The notes under the pieces were generated by a model. The model ran no database searches. It saw only the letters and a program-made list of their open reading frames with translations, and had not been told where the DNA came from. Below, piece by piece: positions 1-10,405 of a DNA stretch of 64,000 nt; within the stretch, counting starts at the first letter, position 1; every line of letters begins with the position of its first letter. The stretch is from a virus (Duplodnaviria > Caudoviricetes), in the IMG/VR virus record IMGVR_UViG_3300031953_000001. One strand, 5' to 3'. Both the position numbers and the translations under genes were made by a program.

Positions 1-2
1 GG

Positions 3-389
3 GTGGATAGGGGCGTGATCGCCGGCCGGCTAAACGGTTTGGTGGAAGCTGCGATGAGTATGAATATAGACATACTGGTGGTGTCTCCCCCGGAGTCATA
101 TCGAGGATTGCTTGAACTGAAGCTGACCAAAGCCGGACTTGTCGTCGCCTACGAAGATTATGCAATCTTAAGCGACGGGTCGCTGTACAAAGTCGGCTAT
201 CGACTGGCAGCCACTGTCCCTGCTGCGCCTCACACCACCAACGCCCATGTCTGTTATGATCGTTGGGTAGCCACACAACTGGACTCCGTAAAAGAGTCCG
301 AACTCTGGAAGGTCGTAGACCCATGGACCACATACCTACAACACGAACTACGGACTCACTATCAGAGCGAGCGGGAAACCTCGCATTAA
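3..389 (+). CDS. hypothetical protein, 5'-partial
   Basis: Open frame from the window edge; no recognisable motif. Confidence 0.5.
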   Translation: MDRGVIAGRLNGLVEAAMSMNIDILVVSPPESYRGLLELKLTKAGLVVAYEDYAILSDGSLYKVGYRLAATVPAAPHTTNAHVCYDRWVATQLDSVKESELWKVVDPWTTYLQHELRTHYQSERETSH

Positions 390-715
390 CCCCCACCCTG
401 ATCAATGGCATCACCTACATCCCCGCGGCCTTTGGCTTAGGAGTGATTGTAGATGGAGTCACCATCAGACGAACCCACATCAAAGTGTCTGCCCGCACCG
501 GGGAGGGGCTCTTAGCAGACGCCTCAGTGATTAAGGACGAGTTGGTCTATCTCATCAATGCGACTTTAGGGCATTACGCTTGGGATGCAGTTCAGATCTT
601 AGGCGCCGATGGTGGGTTGGTGAAAACCGTTGACAACCCACAGAAGCTACCCTCCGATTGCCGCCACCCACCGTTAAACCGACGCCATCTGGTGTATTTA
701 GATCCTGCCCCTTAA
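263..715 (+). CDS. hypothetical protein (true start probably downstream of 263)
   Basis: ORF ends just before a terminator hairpin; overlaps the previous ORF. Confidence 0.45.
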   Translation: MGSHTTGLRKRVRTLEGRRPMDHIPTTRTTDSLSERAGNLALTPTLINGITYIPAAFGLGVIVDGVTIRRTHIKVSARTGEGLLADASVIKDELVYLINATLGHYAWDAVQILGADGGLVKTVDNPQKLPSDCRHPPLNRRHLVYLDPAP

Positions 716-724
716 GTGACTCAC

Positions 725-765
725 ACGGCATACGAGGAGGGCGCGTGCCCTCCTCTATATTTTTT
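725..765. terminator. bidirectional terminator-like hairpin
   Basis: GAGGAGGGC-gcgt-GCCCTCCTC (734-755) between convergent genes; T-tract on +, TATGCCG on -. Confidence 0.8.
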
Positions 766-768
766 GTC

Positions 769-1599
769 TTAGTTGTACACAAAGATCAACCGCCCCGCGT
801 ATTTTGTAGACTGAGCGGATAACTCAATCACGCACACGTAAGCATAGGTGTGATCGCCTGTGAAGTACACGCCATCGTTGGCGCCGTTGTACACCACCAC
901 AGACCCGGCCACGTTGTTCTCTCCAGGCGTCGTAAGGTCTACGTACCAATACGGCCGTGCCCCCAAGCCTGGCATCAAGATGCCTTCTATGCCATTAGCC
1001 CCAAGCACGTCTCCTACGGAGAACTCACTGAGTATCTCCTTAACGTCCGTGGCTGCCATGGCGCCCAGTCGTATCTCAGCGACTTGACGCGTGGTGTCCA
1101 GACTGGCCGGATAGACCAGATCGGCGTAAGTGCCTTGTACAATCACGGTGTTCAGCTCCGTTGGAGGCGCTGCGATCTCCAGAGTGAATCGACCGACCCA
1201 CATCAAGGACGCTGAGCGCATGGTGATTAAAATGGGCCCTAAGTACCCAATCGAGAAAGGTTCATCGTAGACGTCGTCCTCGGTCAACGCCAGGTGATAC
1301 TTTTTGTTGATCAATGGCAGCACTTCATGCACCGACGCCATCAACGGGGCTGCCACACGCAGCTCAATACCCGCCAACAGCAAACCAATATCTTGTCGCC
1401 TAACCCGAACGTTGGTTTGACCGGTGAATCGTTCACGGTCGTTGGATTGCACCGTGACTAAGATGTCGTTACTGCCGGCGATGGCCTCGACCGGTCCAAA
1501 GATCAAATCCTTTGGCGCAAAGGTCAAATTCAACTGACGGTTGATCTGACGCGTCAGGTAGGCCCGCGCGTCTTGTTGGTGCGGAAACGAGTTAGACAT
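769..1599 (-). CDS. putative virion structural (baseplate-associated) protein, phiKZ-like
   Basis: 276 aa; overlaps the 695-aa gene; resembles recalled jumbo-phage structural proteins beside the portal. Confidence 0.55.
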   Translation of the reverse strand: MSNSFPHQQDARAYLTRQINRQLNLTFAPKDLIFGPVEAIAGSNDILVTVQSNDRERFTGQTNVRVRRQDIGLLLAGIELRVAAPLMASVHEVLPLINKKYHLALTEDDVYDEPFSIGYLGPILITMRSASLMWVGRFTLEIAAPPTELNTVIVQGTYADLVYPASLDTTRQVAEIRLGAMAATDVKEILSEFSVGDVLGANGIEGILMPGLGARPYWYVDLTTPGENNVAGSVVVYNGANDGVYFTGDHTYAYVCVIELSAQSTKYAGRLIFVYN

Positions 1600-3679
1600 T
1601 GCTGCTATCCTGATTCAACAGACTGACTCCTTCAAGCGAAACCCGGTAGCGAGCCACAGCGTTGTCGGTGATGTTGAACATCATAGACAAGTCGACGTTG
1701 ACACTACCTTCTCCGAGAGAATTGTTCAGTCGTATAGGCCGCACGCCAGCTTGGCGACGCAGTGTTTTATGGGAAGTGCTCAACCCAAGGGTGAGCGGCT
1801 CGATGCGGTGTATGTCAATGGGTTCCGCGGTGTGGTACACCGACGCTATGTCCGAGAACCTGGGCATTAAAGTATCCAAGATCCGATACGAGGTGCTGTT
1901 GATGGTAGTGAGGTATTGCACACTGTAGCTGGACAGTCGTCCCATCAATTGCATCATGGCGTCTTGTAACTGGGCTAAGGCACTGGCTGACCCGATTTCT
2001 TGACCGGTCACTGTGGTGATCACGTTGTTGGCCAACAAATCTAAGTCCAGCGCCCCCAGTTGAGCAAAGTCCAACCCCCGTTCTGCAAACCACTCGGTGT
2101 AGGCTTGACCCACCCCCAGATCGCAAGGCATGTCTCGATAACAGTAAGCCGCCGCGGCTTCCATCATTCCTCGGTTGAGGTGATACTCTGGAATGGCGTA
2201 GACTCCCCGTTGGTAGTTCTGAGCAAACTGCACCTGTTGACAAAATTCCCGATAAGCTGCGAGTGACACGTACACACCCATAGGCGGCTGATGTTCCAGC
2301 AACACAGCAAGCTGAGCCTCAGTAATCCGATTGGGGTCTACTAAGGCAAGCATCTGAGCGGTCGTCGGCAACGTCGGTTTACGCACTCGATTGGCGTAGA
2401 CTTTCGGGATGGTGTCTAAGACTACCCCACGAGCGCCGTTAAAGGCGTATAGGAAGACGATGAAGGCCTCTTTGGCCGTTAGAGCTACAGAGACCCCCGT
2501 AGTGGGGTCAGGTACGTTCACGATCGCCTCAAAGCGGTTGCTGGAGGCCAAGTAAAGCCAATGGTTAAGAAAGACTTCTTCCCGAGCAAAAGGCACGCTG
2601 TCGGTGGTGTCCAACAACGCCGATTCCAACACTTTGGTGGGCAGCCGGTTGCTGCGTGAGTGCACCATGGTGTTCACCACATCGTCCAAGACCTCATAGT
2701 GACGGTCTGAGTTAGAACGAGCGGCGGGGTACTGTTTGCTCATGACGTCGTCGACGGTGCGGCGGTTGGTGCTGCCGTCGCCTGGATGATCGTTGAGCGC
2801 TTGCCGGAACATTTCAATCTTTGGTCGTAACGCGTCGGTCTGATCGGTCTCGTCGTGACGCATCTCATAGCGCGCCAAAGGCAAATTGCGATCGCTGACG
2901 ATGTTTTGGATTAACGTTTTAAACGTCGACTGCTTACCGGCGTTGCGTTGCAGGTAATTAACGTTGCGATACAAAAACAGAGCCTGCTTAACCGTCATCT
3001 GAGGCAAGAAGGCGTCTAAGCCTGCGTGGCTGGCCAGGTACTCTCGAATGTGGAAGGTGTGGGCCTCTTCTGTTCGACAGGCCTCCAGGCGAAGGTTAAG
3101 CAGCTCAAGCGGCAGGTTGGCAAACAACACACCCAGTTGTCCCGCCGGATAATACTCGTCCGTAAACCCGTACCCAGGCACGGTCCACCGAGACATAAAC
3201 GCGTGTATCCACCGTTGCAGTTGGGGGATCAACGTAACTTCTTGAGATTCAACCAAAGTCGTATCGTAGTACAGGATGTCGCCATCTTGTGCACCGAGGG
3301 CTTTGTTGATATCAATGGGGTTTAAAATCCCCAGGATTAAGGTTTCCTGAGTCGGATAGCGCGCCACCAAGTCGCGATAGTATCGAGAACCGTACGCATA
3401 CGCCGACGCCGTAGCCCGAAAGATTTTCAGGTTATCGCGGGTAAACTCAATCTCCTCCAGCGTGTCCATGGACGTTACTGTCATGACCGTATCGGTTGGA
3501 TGATACAGACCTGCCAGATTCATATAGTACTTCCAGGTGTGAGGGTCGCTACTTAACGATTCACCGAAGCTTTGCAGCTCACGGTTGATGGTTTCAGCAG
3601 CGACCTCCGATTTCACCACCATTGTTTTAGCCAAGGTCATAACCTGGCTTACAAAGATGCGATAATACGCGCTAGACAT
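1592..3679 (-). CDS. putative baseplate wedge / virion structural protein (phiKZ gp128-like)
   Basis: 695 aa; motifs WKYYMNLAGLYH, HTFHIREYLASH, YLQRNAGKQST; divergent from the portal-like gene. Confidence 0.65.
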   Translation of the reverse strand: MSSAYYRIFVSQVMTLAKTMVVKSEVAAETINRELQSFGESLSSDPHTWKYYMNLAGLYHPTDTVMTVTSMDTLEEIEFTRDNLKIFRATASAYAYGSRYYRDLVARYPTQETLILGILNPIDINKALGAQDGDILYYDTTLVESQEVTLIPQLQRWIHAFMSRWTVPGYGFTDEYYPAGQLGVLFANLPLELLNLRLEACRTEEAHTFHIREYLASHAGLDAFLPQMTVKQALFLYRNVNYLQRNAGKQSTFKTLIQNIVSDRNLPLARYEMRHDETDQTDALRPKIEMFRQALNDHPGDGSTNRRTVDDVMSKQYPAARSNSDRHYEVLDDVVNTMVHSRSNRLPTKVLESALLDTTDSVPFAREEVFLNHWLYLASSNRFEAIVNVPDPTTGVSVALTAKEAFIVFLYAFNGARGVVLDTIPKVYANRVRKPTLPTTAQMLALVDPNRITEAQLAVLLEHQPPMGVYVSLAAYREFCQQVQFAQNYQRGVYAIPEYHLNRGMMEAAAAYCYRDMPCDLGVGQAYTEWFAERGLDFAQLGALDLDLLANNVITTVTGQEIGSASALAQLQDAMMQLMGRLSSYSVQYLTTINSTSYRILDTLMPRFSDIASVYHTAEPIDIHRIEPLTLGLSTSHKTLRRQAGVRPIRLNNSLGEGSVNVDLSMMFNITDNAVARYRVSLEGVSLLNQDSSNV

Positions 3680-3705
3680 AGCACACTCTCCGGAGGATGG
3701 GTTTT

Positions 3706-6372
3706 ATGGAGAACAAAGGTAAGCAACGACGAGTCGATTTTGACTCACGCGCCAAACTACAACACGCGGTGGTGACCAAACTGGTACCGGATCATCAGCG
3801 GGCGAGAGCCTACGATAATACCGGTAACCGCAAAGCCACTACCCCCCCAACGTCTGTGCTGAACGCCGTCTCAGATAAGACCGCCAGCGTCACCCGCGAC
3901 ATAGAGTCGATGGAGCAACTGCTGCCGGACATTGAGTTGGCTGCGCAGATCATGGTCAGCAGTATATTGTCGCCTAAGGACATGGGGGCAGCGGATCTGA
4001 ATTTCACCTACAACGCCTCTTTCTCCAATGTAGAATTGGGGGGTAAACTGCTGAAAATTGTGGCAGATTACTTCACTAATGACTATAGGATTAACGAGGA
4101 GCTGTCGGAAATCTTACACGACATGCTGTTTCGTAAAGGCGCTTACGCCCGCATGATCATTCCTGAGTCCAGTCTCGATCAGATCATCAACGATCGAGGT
4201 CGGGTGTCTATGGAATCCATTCGGCCCTTGGTGAATCATCAGAACATGACGGTCTCACCCATGGGCATCTTGGGCGACGTGATCAAAGACGAAAAGACCA
4301 AGAACAACCGATCCAAGCCTGAAACGACTATGTCTTTGGAGAGTTTGTTCAGCCCGTCCCCGACACCTGGGCGCACGGCCTCCTACAGTGGGATTGGCAC
4401 GTACGTCACCGTCACCGACAACCCCGACGCTGTTAAGATGCCGAAGTTGTTCCGTCGGCTGAACACCGATCGCACGTCTACCGCCATGGCGTCTCGGTTT
4501 GCCACTTTGGAAGCCCGTAAAGACAAAGAGCGGGCTAAGAAGAAACTGAAGGATAAAGAACAACCCAAGATCGACTACGGCAGCAGCGATCGCGACATCG
4601 AGCGCAGCATCGATAAGAACCGCAAGCATGGGATTGAATCGGTGGTGGAGGTCAAGACCAAACACGCCGCCGACCGTGAAATGTTTGGCCATCCGATGGT
4701 GACGCAGTTGTCGGTGGAGGCGGTTATCCCAGCCCACGTGCCGTCCAACCCAAAAGAACACATCGGGTACTTTGTGTTGTTGGATCAGTTTGGCAACCCG
4801 ATCAGTGCCGCTACGGCCACGGATCACTTCCGCGATCTGCAGAACTCGTTTCAAAGCAGCGGTGCGGAGAATCAAGTCTCTACCGTGTTGAAGGAGTTGC
4901 GCGGTGCCGGTAACATGGGTGAGGCCGATGGTGATCGGGTACAATCGGTGCACGAGGCCACATCAGCGTACGCCGATGTGATTGAGCGTAACTTACTGGA
5001 ACGGATGCGCAAAGGCATGGGTCACGAGTCGATCGAGTTGGCCAGACCCAACGACGTCTATCAGATCATGCTGGGCCGCACCTTAAAGAAGAAGCACACC
5101 CAGCTACTCTACGTGCCGGCAGAACTGATGTCGTACATGGCCTTTTACTACAACAACCAAGGCATCGGTAAGTCGCTGTTGGAAGAGAGTCGGATCTTAG
5201 GCAGCATTCGAGTGATGTTGATGTTCGCCAACACCATGGCGTCCATTCGTAACTCCACGTCTCGGACGGAACTGGGCATTCAGCTAGACCCCAACGACAC
5301 CGATCCGATGAGCACCATCGACCAGGTACGAGATGCGTTCATGCGCTCGCGTTCTGAGTTGTACCCTTTGGGGGAAGGCGATCCGGCGGCGGTAGTGAAG
5401 TACTTGCAACAAGCCGGGGTGGATGTGGTCTACTCTGGGCACCCAGGGTTGCCGGAGATGCGGGTGGAAACCAACGACCGCGCCCCGGGTAAGGTGTTGA
5501 TGGATCGGGATCTGGAAGAAACCCTGAGGCACCAACACATCATGTCTTTGGGGATGTCGCCTGAGACGGTCGACGCCAGTTCCGGTATCGACTTTGCCAC
5601 CACTCTGGTCAACTCCAGTCTCCTGCTGTCCAAACGTGTGGCTCTGTACCAACGCAAGTTTGAGGAGCAAGAGAACGAGTTCATTCGAAAGTACACCTCC
5701 AACTCAGAGACCCTCTTGACCAAAATGATCAAAGTGGTGGAAGACCACGGTCAGGCTCAGGATAAAGAGAGCCCTATGGAAGCCGTGGAGGCGTTCATCG
5801 CGTGTGTGGAAGTGGAGTTGCCCAAACCGGACTCCGCTACGCTAGAGACGCAGATGGAGTCTTTCCGCATGTACAGCGACAGTCTTGAGATGGCGTTGGA
5901 TGCGTGGATCAGCGATGAGTTTGCCTTACTCGACGCGGAAGGCGATGTGGCTGGCAACTTGCGTGAGATGCGCTCAGCGGTCAAAGCGCACTTTCTCCGT
6001 CGATGGTTGCGCGAGAACAACGTGTTCCCTGAGCTTGAAGAGATCACGGAAGTCAATGAGAAAGGCGACTCGGCGTTCAACTTCGCGGAGATTCAGGGCA
6101 AGCACATGGATGCGGTCTTGGGCTTCGTGGCCGATTACCTTAAGAAGGCTCGAGAGTCTTCGGCTAAACGGGATAAGAAGTTGGCGGAACAAGCCGATAA
6201 ATTGGGCGAAGAGACGGACGGCGTGGCTGAGTTTGGTGAAGACAACGCGTCCTCCACCGATACCGGCTTTGACGAGCCTACCGACGTAGTAGACGACCCA
6301 CCGCTTGAGGACGAAACGCCCCCAACCGATGAGGGCGATGCGTTTGGTGAGGACGACTTTGAATTGCCCTAG
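3706..6372 (+). CDS. putative portal protein (phiKZ gp129-like)
   Basis: About 890 aa; LLPDIELAAQIMVSSILSPKDM and GHPMV..LSVEAVIP.HVP motifs recalled from jumbo-phage portals; acidic C-terminus; GGAGG suits ATG 3706. Confidence 0.7.
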   Translation: MENKGKQRRVDFDSRAKLQHAVVTKLVPDHQRARAYDNTGNRKATTPPTSVLNAVSDKTASVTRDIESMEQLLPDIELAAQIMVSSILSPKDMGAADLNFTYNASFSNVELGGKLLKIVADYFTNDYRINEELSEILHDMLFRKGAYARMIIPESSLDQIINDRGRVSMESIRPLVNHQNMTVSPMGILGDVIKDEKTKNNRSKPETTMSLESLFSPSPTPGRTASYSGIGTYVTVTDNPDAVKMPKLFRRLNTDRTSTAMASRFATLEARKDKERAKKKLKDKEQPKIDYGSSDRDIERSIDKNRKHGIESVVEVKTKHAADREMFGHPMVTQLSVEAVIPAHVPSNPKEHIGYFVLLDQFGNPISAATATDHFRDLQNSFQSSGAENQVSTVLKELRGAGNMGEADGDRVQSVHEATSAYADVIERNLLERMRKGMGHESIELARPNDVYQIMLGRTLKKKHTQLLYVPAELMSYMAFYYNNQGIGKSLLEESRILGSIRVMLMFANTMASIRNSTSRTELGIQLDPNDTDPMSTIDQVRDAFMRSRSELYPLGEGDPAAVVKYLQQAGVDVVYSGHPGLPEMRVETNDRAPGKVLMDRDLEETLRHQHIMSLGMSPETVDASSGIDFATTLVNSSLLLSKRVALYQRKFEEQENEFIRKYTSNSETLLTKMIKVVEDHGQAQDKESPMEAVEAFIACVEVELPKPDSATLETQMESFRMYSDSLEMALDAWISDEFALLDAEGDVAGNLREMRSAVKAHFLRRWLRENNVFPELEEITEVNEKGDSAFNFAEIQGKHMDAVLGFVADYLKKARESSAKRDKKLAEQADKLGEETDGVAEFGEDNASSTDTGFDEPTDVVDDPPLEDETPPTDEGDAFGEDDFELP

Positions 6373-6448
6373 AATGTAAACTGGAAAGGCGGGGTCGAAT
6401 GGTATGATCCTGCCTTTCATTCTTTTATTCAGTAAGGAACGCACACTT

Positions 6449-7300
6449 ATGTCTATCGTGACACGCACTGTGTATGGCGCTGGTATGCAGTCGGCCATAT
6501 ACATGGGCAAGCCCCATCGAGTTCAGGAAAACAGCACCCTGAATGAAAAGTTCGGCATTCAAGCCAACGTATTGCCCAGCGCCGCCGAGCGTCACGCGGT
6601 ACGGTATTACTGCATTGGCAGTGGTGGGCACCGCGCAGTTGCGGGTGCCGATGGCATCCCTTACATCACCCCCAACCGACACGAAGCCACAGACGCGGCT
6701 TGCTTTCGTCATCTGCCGTTTGTGTTGCGGGAAGTCACCGACGATCTGAGCGTTGAGCAGCGGGCCAAATACGCTTTACGTCGCCGAGAGACTCACGACG
6801 GTCGTGAGTTTGTTGCTTACTACGCCAAGCGGTTGGATCTGAACACCGCCGAGGTGAATCTACAACGCACTCGGGTCGATGGCAACAACCAGACGTCTGA
6901 GCCGTTCATCCCGACCACCGCCAACCTTAATCCCCAACCGCTGGTCAGTGGCGACGACGACAACGTCATTGAAGCTTCTGGCGAGTACGTCTCTGGCAGC
7001 ATCGTGGTGACCATTGGGTTCAATGAAGCCGATGCGCAAGAGTTGCGCAACGTAGCTCAGGTCATCTACGGCGATGAGAAGTACGCGGTGATTTCTGAGT
7101 TGGCGCTCTTAGGTGGCATTGACCGTGTGGTCACAGGACCTGGAGTGGGCAACAACGAGATCAACTACGAAGAAGTCATTGCGTCTCAGGTGACCACCTT
7201 CATCTCGGCGTATTACCAACTGAACGTCCAGAACAACGGCTTCTCCTTCACTGCGGATTTGGGCATCACCGAGCCCTTGTACGCCGCTGCGGTGTCTTAA
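6449..7300 (+). CDS. putative virion structural protein, phiKZ-like
   Basis: RTVYGA..Q, TLNEKF, YYCIG.GGH motifs; AAGGA RBS before ATG 6449. Confidence 0.6.
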   Translation: MSIVTRTVYGAGMQSAIYMGKPHRVQENSTLNEKFGIQANVLPSAAERHAVRYYCIGSGGHRAVAGADGIPYITPNRHEATDAACFRHLPFVLREVTDDLSVEQRAKYALRRRETHDGREFVAYYAKRLDLNTAEVNLQRTRVDGNNQTSEPFIPTTANLNPQPLVSGDDDNVIEASGEYVSGSIVVTIGFNEADAQELRNVAQVIYGDEKYAVISELALLGGIDRVVTGPGVGNNEINYEEVIASQVTTFISAYYQLNVQNNGFSFTADLGITEPLYAAAVS

Positions 7301-7302
7301 CC

Positions 7303-7902
7303 GTGTTGCTCGTACCGGACGGCGACGAGCGTTTACGCATAGTGGCTATCGATCCAGGGACGGACACGATGGGCACCGCGGTGGTGGAGCTGCACACGCG
7401 TACCTTAGTCGTTCGCGTGTTGGACGCTCAAACGTTTGTGGCTAGACGGTCCATGCGATACTTCGGGGGGTATCAGATGATTGAGGAAATGCACGGCGAC
7501 CGCCATGCACGGCTGATGACGCACGCGGATGCGATCAGCCGACACCTCCAACACTGGTACCCGCACTCGGTCGCCTGTGAGTCGCCGTTCATGGGCAATC
7601 GCCCTCAAGCGTTTGAAGCCCTCACCGAATGCGTAAACGTCATACGTCTGGCCGTGTTCAACCACGACCCGACTCTGGCCTTCGTTTCAATCACACCGCC
7701 TCAAGCTAAGAAGACGGTAGGCGCTTCATTTAAGGGAGCTGATAAAAACGACGTTAGAGTAGGCGTCGCAGCGTTGATTCAGCAAGGCGCCATCAGTTAC
7801 GAAGCCAATGTTCCGTTCGATCGCATCGATGAGCACAGCGTGGACGCTTTGGCTGTTGGACTGTGTCACTGTCAACAATGGGTAGAACATCTCACTCACT
7901 GA
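7303..7902 (+). CDS. ruvC: RuvC-like Holliday junction resolvase
   Basis: IVAIDPGT (catalytic Asp), VACESPF (Glu), EHSVDALAVG (Asp pair): RNase H-fold RuvC pattern. Confidence 0.85.
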   Translation: MLLVPDGDERLRIVAIDPGTDTMGTAVVELHTRTLVVRVLDAQTFVARRSMRYFGGYQMIEEMHGDRHARLMTHADAISRHLQHWYPHSVACESPFMGNRPQAFEALTECVNVIRLAVFNHDPTLAFVSITPPQAKKTVGASFKGADKNDVRVGVAALIQQGAISYEANVPFDRIDEHSVDALAVGLCHCQQWVEHLTH

Positions 7903-7919
7903 CGCACAAGGAGGGCCCG

Positions 7920-8561
7920 ATGGCCTTATCCATTGGATCGATTGTATCGAAGCTGGTACCCACCACTTTAAAGAGTAGAATCTTCGTGGTGGGGGGCGTG
8001 GTCCTATTGGTGTTCATCATCTGGGCTGGTATGAAGTGGGATGCTCTGAAGATCTTGGGGTTGGAGAAAGACAACCAGCGCCTTGAGATTGAACGAGACA
8101 CCGCGCAGGAGTCGGCCGAACAAGCCGATGCCCTGCGCACCATTGAGGAAGACGTCGTGCGCAGTACCTTGGATCGGATTGACGCGATCGATCGAGACAC
8201 CGAGGTAGCACGAGAACGGGGACGCAACGATGTGCGCAAGATACAACGAGAATTGGAAACCCTTGAAGATGAGCGTCAAGCACGATTGGCGGAGTTGTCT
8301 GAGGTGGAACACCGGCAACAAGAAGCCATGGCGGCTTTGGCAAAAAGCACCCACCCTGAAGAAGTCCAAAGAGCCGTCTCTAAGGCACCTCAGCCGGCTT
8401 TACTTCCAGTGGCCGACCCTTTACCGACTGTTGCTCCTCGCATCGCTGAGCGCATCGTTGGTGGGTTGTGGGACGACTACTGTGGTGAAGTTTCGAACGA
8501 TCGCCGTTGTACCGCCCGACACCTTACTGAGAAAGACGCCGCTGGCTCCACCGCCCAATGA
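7920..8561 (+). CDS. putative inner-membrane spanin (Rz-like)
   Basis: N-terminal TM segment (IFVVGGVVLLVFIIWAG) then long coiled coil; overlaps a lipoprotein ORF. Confidence 0.7.
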   Translation: MALSIGSIVSKLVPTTLKSRIFVVGGVVLLVFIIWAGMKWDALKILGLEKDNQRLEIERDTAQESAEQADALRTIEEDVVRSTLDRIDAIDRDTEVARERGRNDVRKIQRELETLEDERQARLAELSEVEHRQQEAMAALAKSTHPEEVQRAVSKAPQPALLPVADPLPTVAPRIAERIVGGLWDDYCGEVSNDRRCTARHLTEKDAAGSTAQ

Positions 8562-8757
8562 GGTTGAGTTTGTGGCCGCCGATGGGATTGAGCGTTTGTT
8601 GTTGCTGGCGGACGCATGGCGGGAACAGACTGCGGTGGTGCGCACCGAGCACACTCAAACCGATGGACTGTTGGAATGGAAAGCCCGGGTATTAAAGTAC
8701 TATCAGAATCTAGAGGACACCGAGATCCGTGAAGACGTTCCCTTTGCACCGAGGTAG
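8230..8757 (+). CDS. putative outer-membrane lipoprotein spanin (Rz1-like); start uncertain
   Basis: Hydrophobic stretch + lipobox LVG-C (Cys codon 8467-8469), Pro-rich mature part, +1 frame overlap with the Rz-like gene. Confidence 0.65.
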   Translation: MCARYNENWKPLKMSVKHDWRSCLRWNTGNKKPWRLWQKAPTLKKSKEPSLRHLSRLYFQWPTLYRLLLLASLSASLVGCGTTTVVKFRTIAVVPPDTLLRKTPLAPPPNEVEFVAADGIERLLLLADAWREQTAVVRTEHTQTDGLLEWKARVLKYYQNLEDTEIREDVPFAPR

Positions 8758-8780
8758 GCGTATGCCTACCTCTTATTCCG
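8751..8780 (+). terminator. hairpin + TATTCCG element
   Basis: GAGGTAGGC-gtat-GCCTACCTC followed by TTATTCCG at the end of the spanin genes. Confidence 0.65.
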
Positions 8781-8889
8781 CGCGATGAAGAAGATTTGAA
8801 TCATATATCATCCACGTGTCTTACCCTTGTGTAAACCAACACGACCTCGATGATGGTATGCATTAACACCCACCATACACAACTCCCCA

Positions 8890-9606
8890 TTGGAGACCCT
8901 AGGAATGTGCCCTATTTATCACGAGGACTTTACGCCTGCCACATCACAGCGTCCGAAGGTGCGTGAGAAACGTTTCCTCAACCGGATCGTGAAAGGTCAA
9001 GTCCTGTCTATGAACCACGCTTTGTTTCTGCCTCACACCTTGGAACAGATTCGGTCAATCGTACACGACAAAACTCAACGTCCGTACTTAGAAATGGATC
9101 TTAAGCTACTCACTGGAAATCTGGATAGCAATATACCACACCACATCGATCGACTGTTGGAGCTGTATAGCTACACTCCTTTCTCTATGATTGATCAAAT
9201 CAACGAAGTTGAGCTACACCAAGGCATTGCTCGGCTGGGGTGTGGGTTCTCATCGACCATGGCATCGCAAGCACTCTGGGGTATGGAGATCGCGCTATCC
9301 GATGACGATCTGCCGTTTGATCAATTGTCTTGGGGCTTGAACTATCTCCAGAAGCAGGATTACCTTCCCACTGTAGACTCAAGTACACTGGTAGGGTCTG
9401 ACAACGGTGAGCGTGCCTTAGTGGTTCAGTTAATTGTTGCTCTGGCAGACCGGCTATTGATCAATCAAAACGGCAGTCACCACCAAGCGCGTCTACATCA
9501 ACTCACACGTTGGCCAGGGATTGAGCACACAGTTCTTGAACAAGACGCTTTTGGACCGCTTCTTTGCGGTTTGATCACTAACAAAGGAATCATCCGTTAT
9601 GGGTAA
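8890..9606 (+). CDS. hypothetical protein (start uncertain, possibly 9010)
   Basis: 238-aa ORF following a TATATCA promoter-like motif. Confidence 0.6.
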   Translation: METLGMCPIYHEDFTPATSQRPKVREKRFLNRIVKGQVLSMNHALFLPHTLEQIRSIVHDKTQRPYLEMDLKLLTGNLDSNIPHHIDRLLELYSYTPFSMIDQINEVELHQGIARLGCGFSSTMASQALWGMEIALSDDDLPFDQLSWGLNYLQKQDYLPTVDSSTLVGSDNGERALVVQLIVALADRLLINQNGSHHQARLHQLTRWPGIEHTVLEQDAFGPLLCGLITNKGIIRYG

Positions 9607-9964
9607 GAAAACAATCGCAAGCGCTGGGTGGTCCGTACACGGCGATGGAATGAAGCATCTGATCGCCAACCCGACGGCCGATGACATCGCTACATTGAGA
9701 GACACCCCACCGTCGGAGGTTCGCCTATACATAATCGATGCCGTTGTCGATGGGGCGTATTGCTCTGACGTCATTGCGGTGGGTACTATGATCATCCCCG
9801 ACTTAGCTTCGTTTGACGGTCAGGAGCCGTTACACCCGGTTCTACGCTTGACCCTCAGTCCGTACTACCCCACGTTCATTAGCTACATAGTGGACTACTA
9901 CGTCCGAGCTTATAAGGTCAAAGCCTATCTAGTCAACCTACAGCAAGTGCGTGCTTTGAATTAA
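9599..9964 (+). CDS. hypothetical protein
   Basis: Overlaps upstream stop; followed by a hairpin. Confidence 0.6.
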   Translation: MGKKTIASAGWSVHGDGMKHLIANPTADDIATLRDTPPSEVRLYIIDAVVDGAYCSDVIAVGTMIIPDLASFDGQEPLHPVLRLTLSPYYPTFISYIVDYYVRAYKVKAYLVNLQQVRALN

Positions 9965-9968
9965 ACCT

Positions 9969-10000
9969 AAAGGGGAGGCCACGGCCTTCCTTTATGCCGT
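9969..10000 (+). terminator. hairpin + TATGCCG element
   Basis: AAAGGGGAGGCC / GGCCTTCCTTT stem followed by TATGCCGT. Confidence 0.6.
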
Positions 10001-10075
10001 TTGTGTTATTTAGGAAGGTTCTGACTCATCGAATAGGAGTCAGTGTCTGTGTTTGTTTTTACAGAGGAATACCGT

Positions 10076-10405
10076 ATGACTTTGTCCACTCACATGCAGT
10101 TTGGTCGCGAATCCGAGATTGCGGCCAACGACGTGGGACAACCTAAGTTCCGTCTGATCGACGCTCAGAACGCCGAGGAGCTTTACGTACTGCTAGGGTC
10201 TTTGCACATACCGATCGAATCGGATGGATTAATCGCAGAGGCAGAACACTACGTTAATCGCTCGGAACTAAGACCCGTACTGCTGCGGACTTTGGCGCGA
10301 ATCAGTGACCGGACAATACCGGAACACGCTGAATTCGAGTACGTCCGCCGCCACTTAGAATACACGCACACGACCCCCACTACACGAAGGATCGCCCAAC
10401 AATGA
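10076..10405 (+). CDS. hypothetical protein
   Basis: GAGGA RBS before ATG 10076. Confidence 0.6.
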   Translation: MTLSTHMQFGRESEIAANDVGQPKFRLIDAQNAEELYVLLGSLHIPIESDGLIAEAEHYVNRSELRPVLLRTLARISDRTIPEHAEFEYVRRHLEYTHTTPTTRRIAQQ

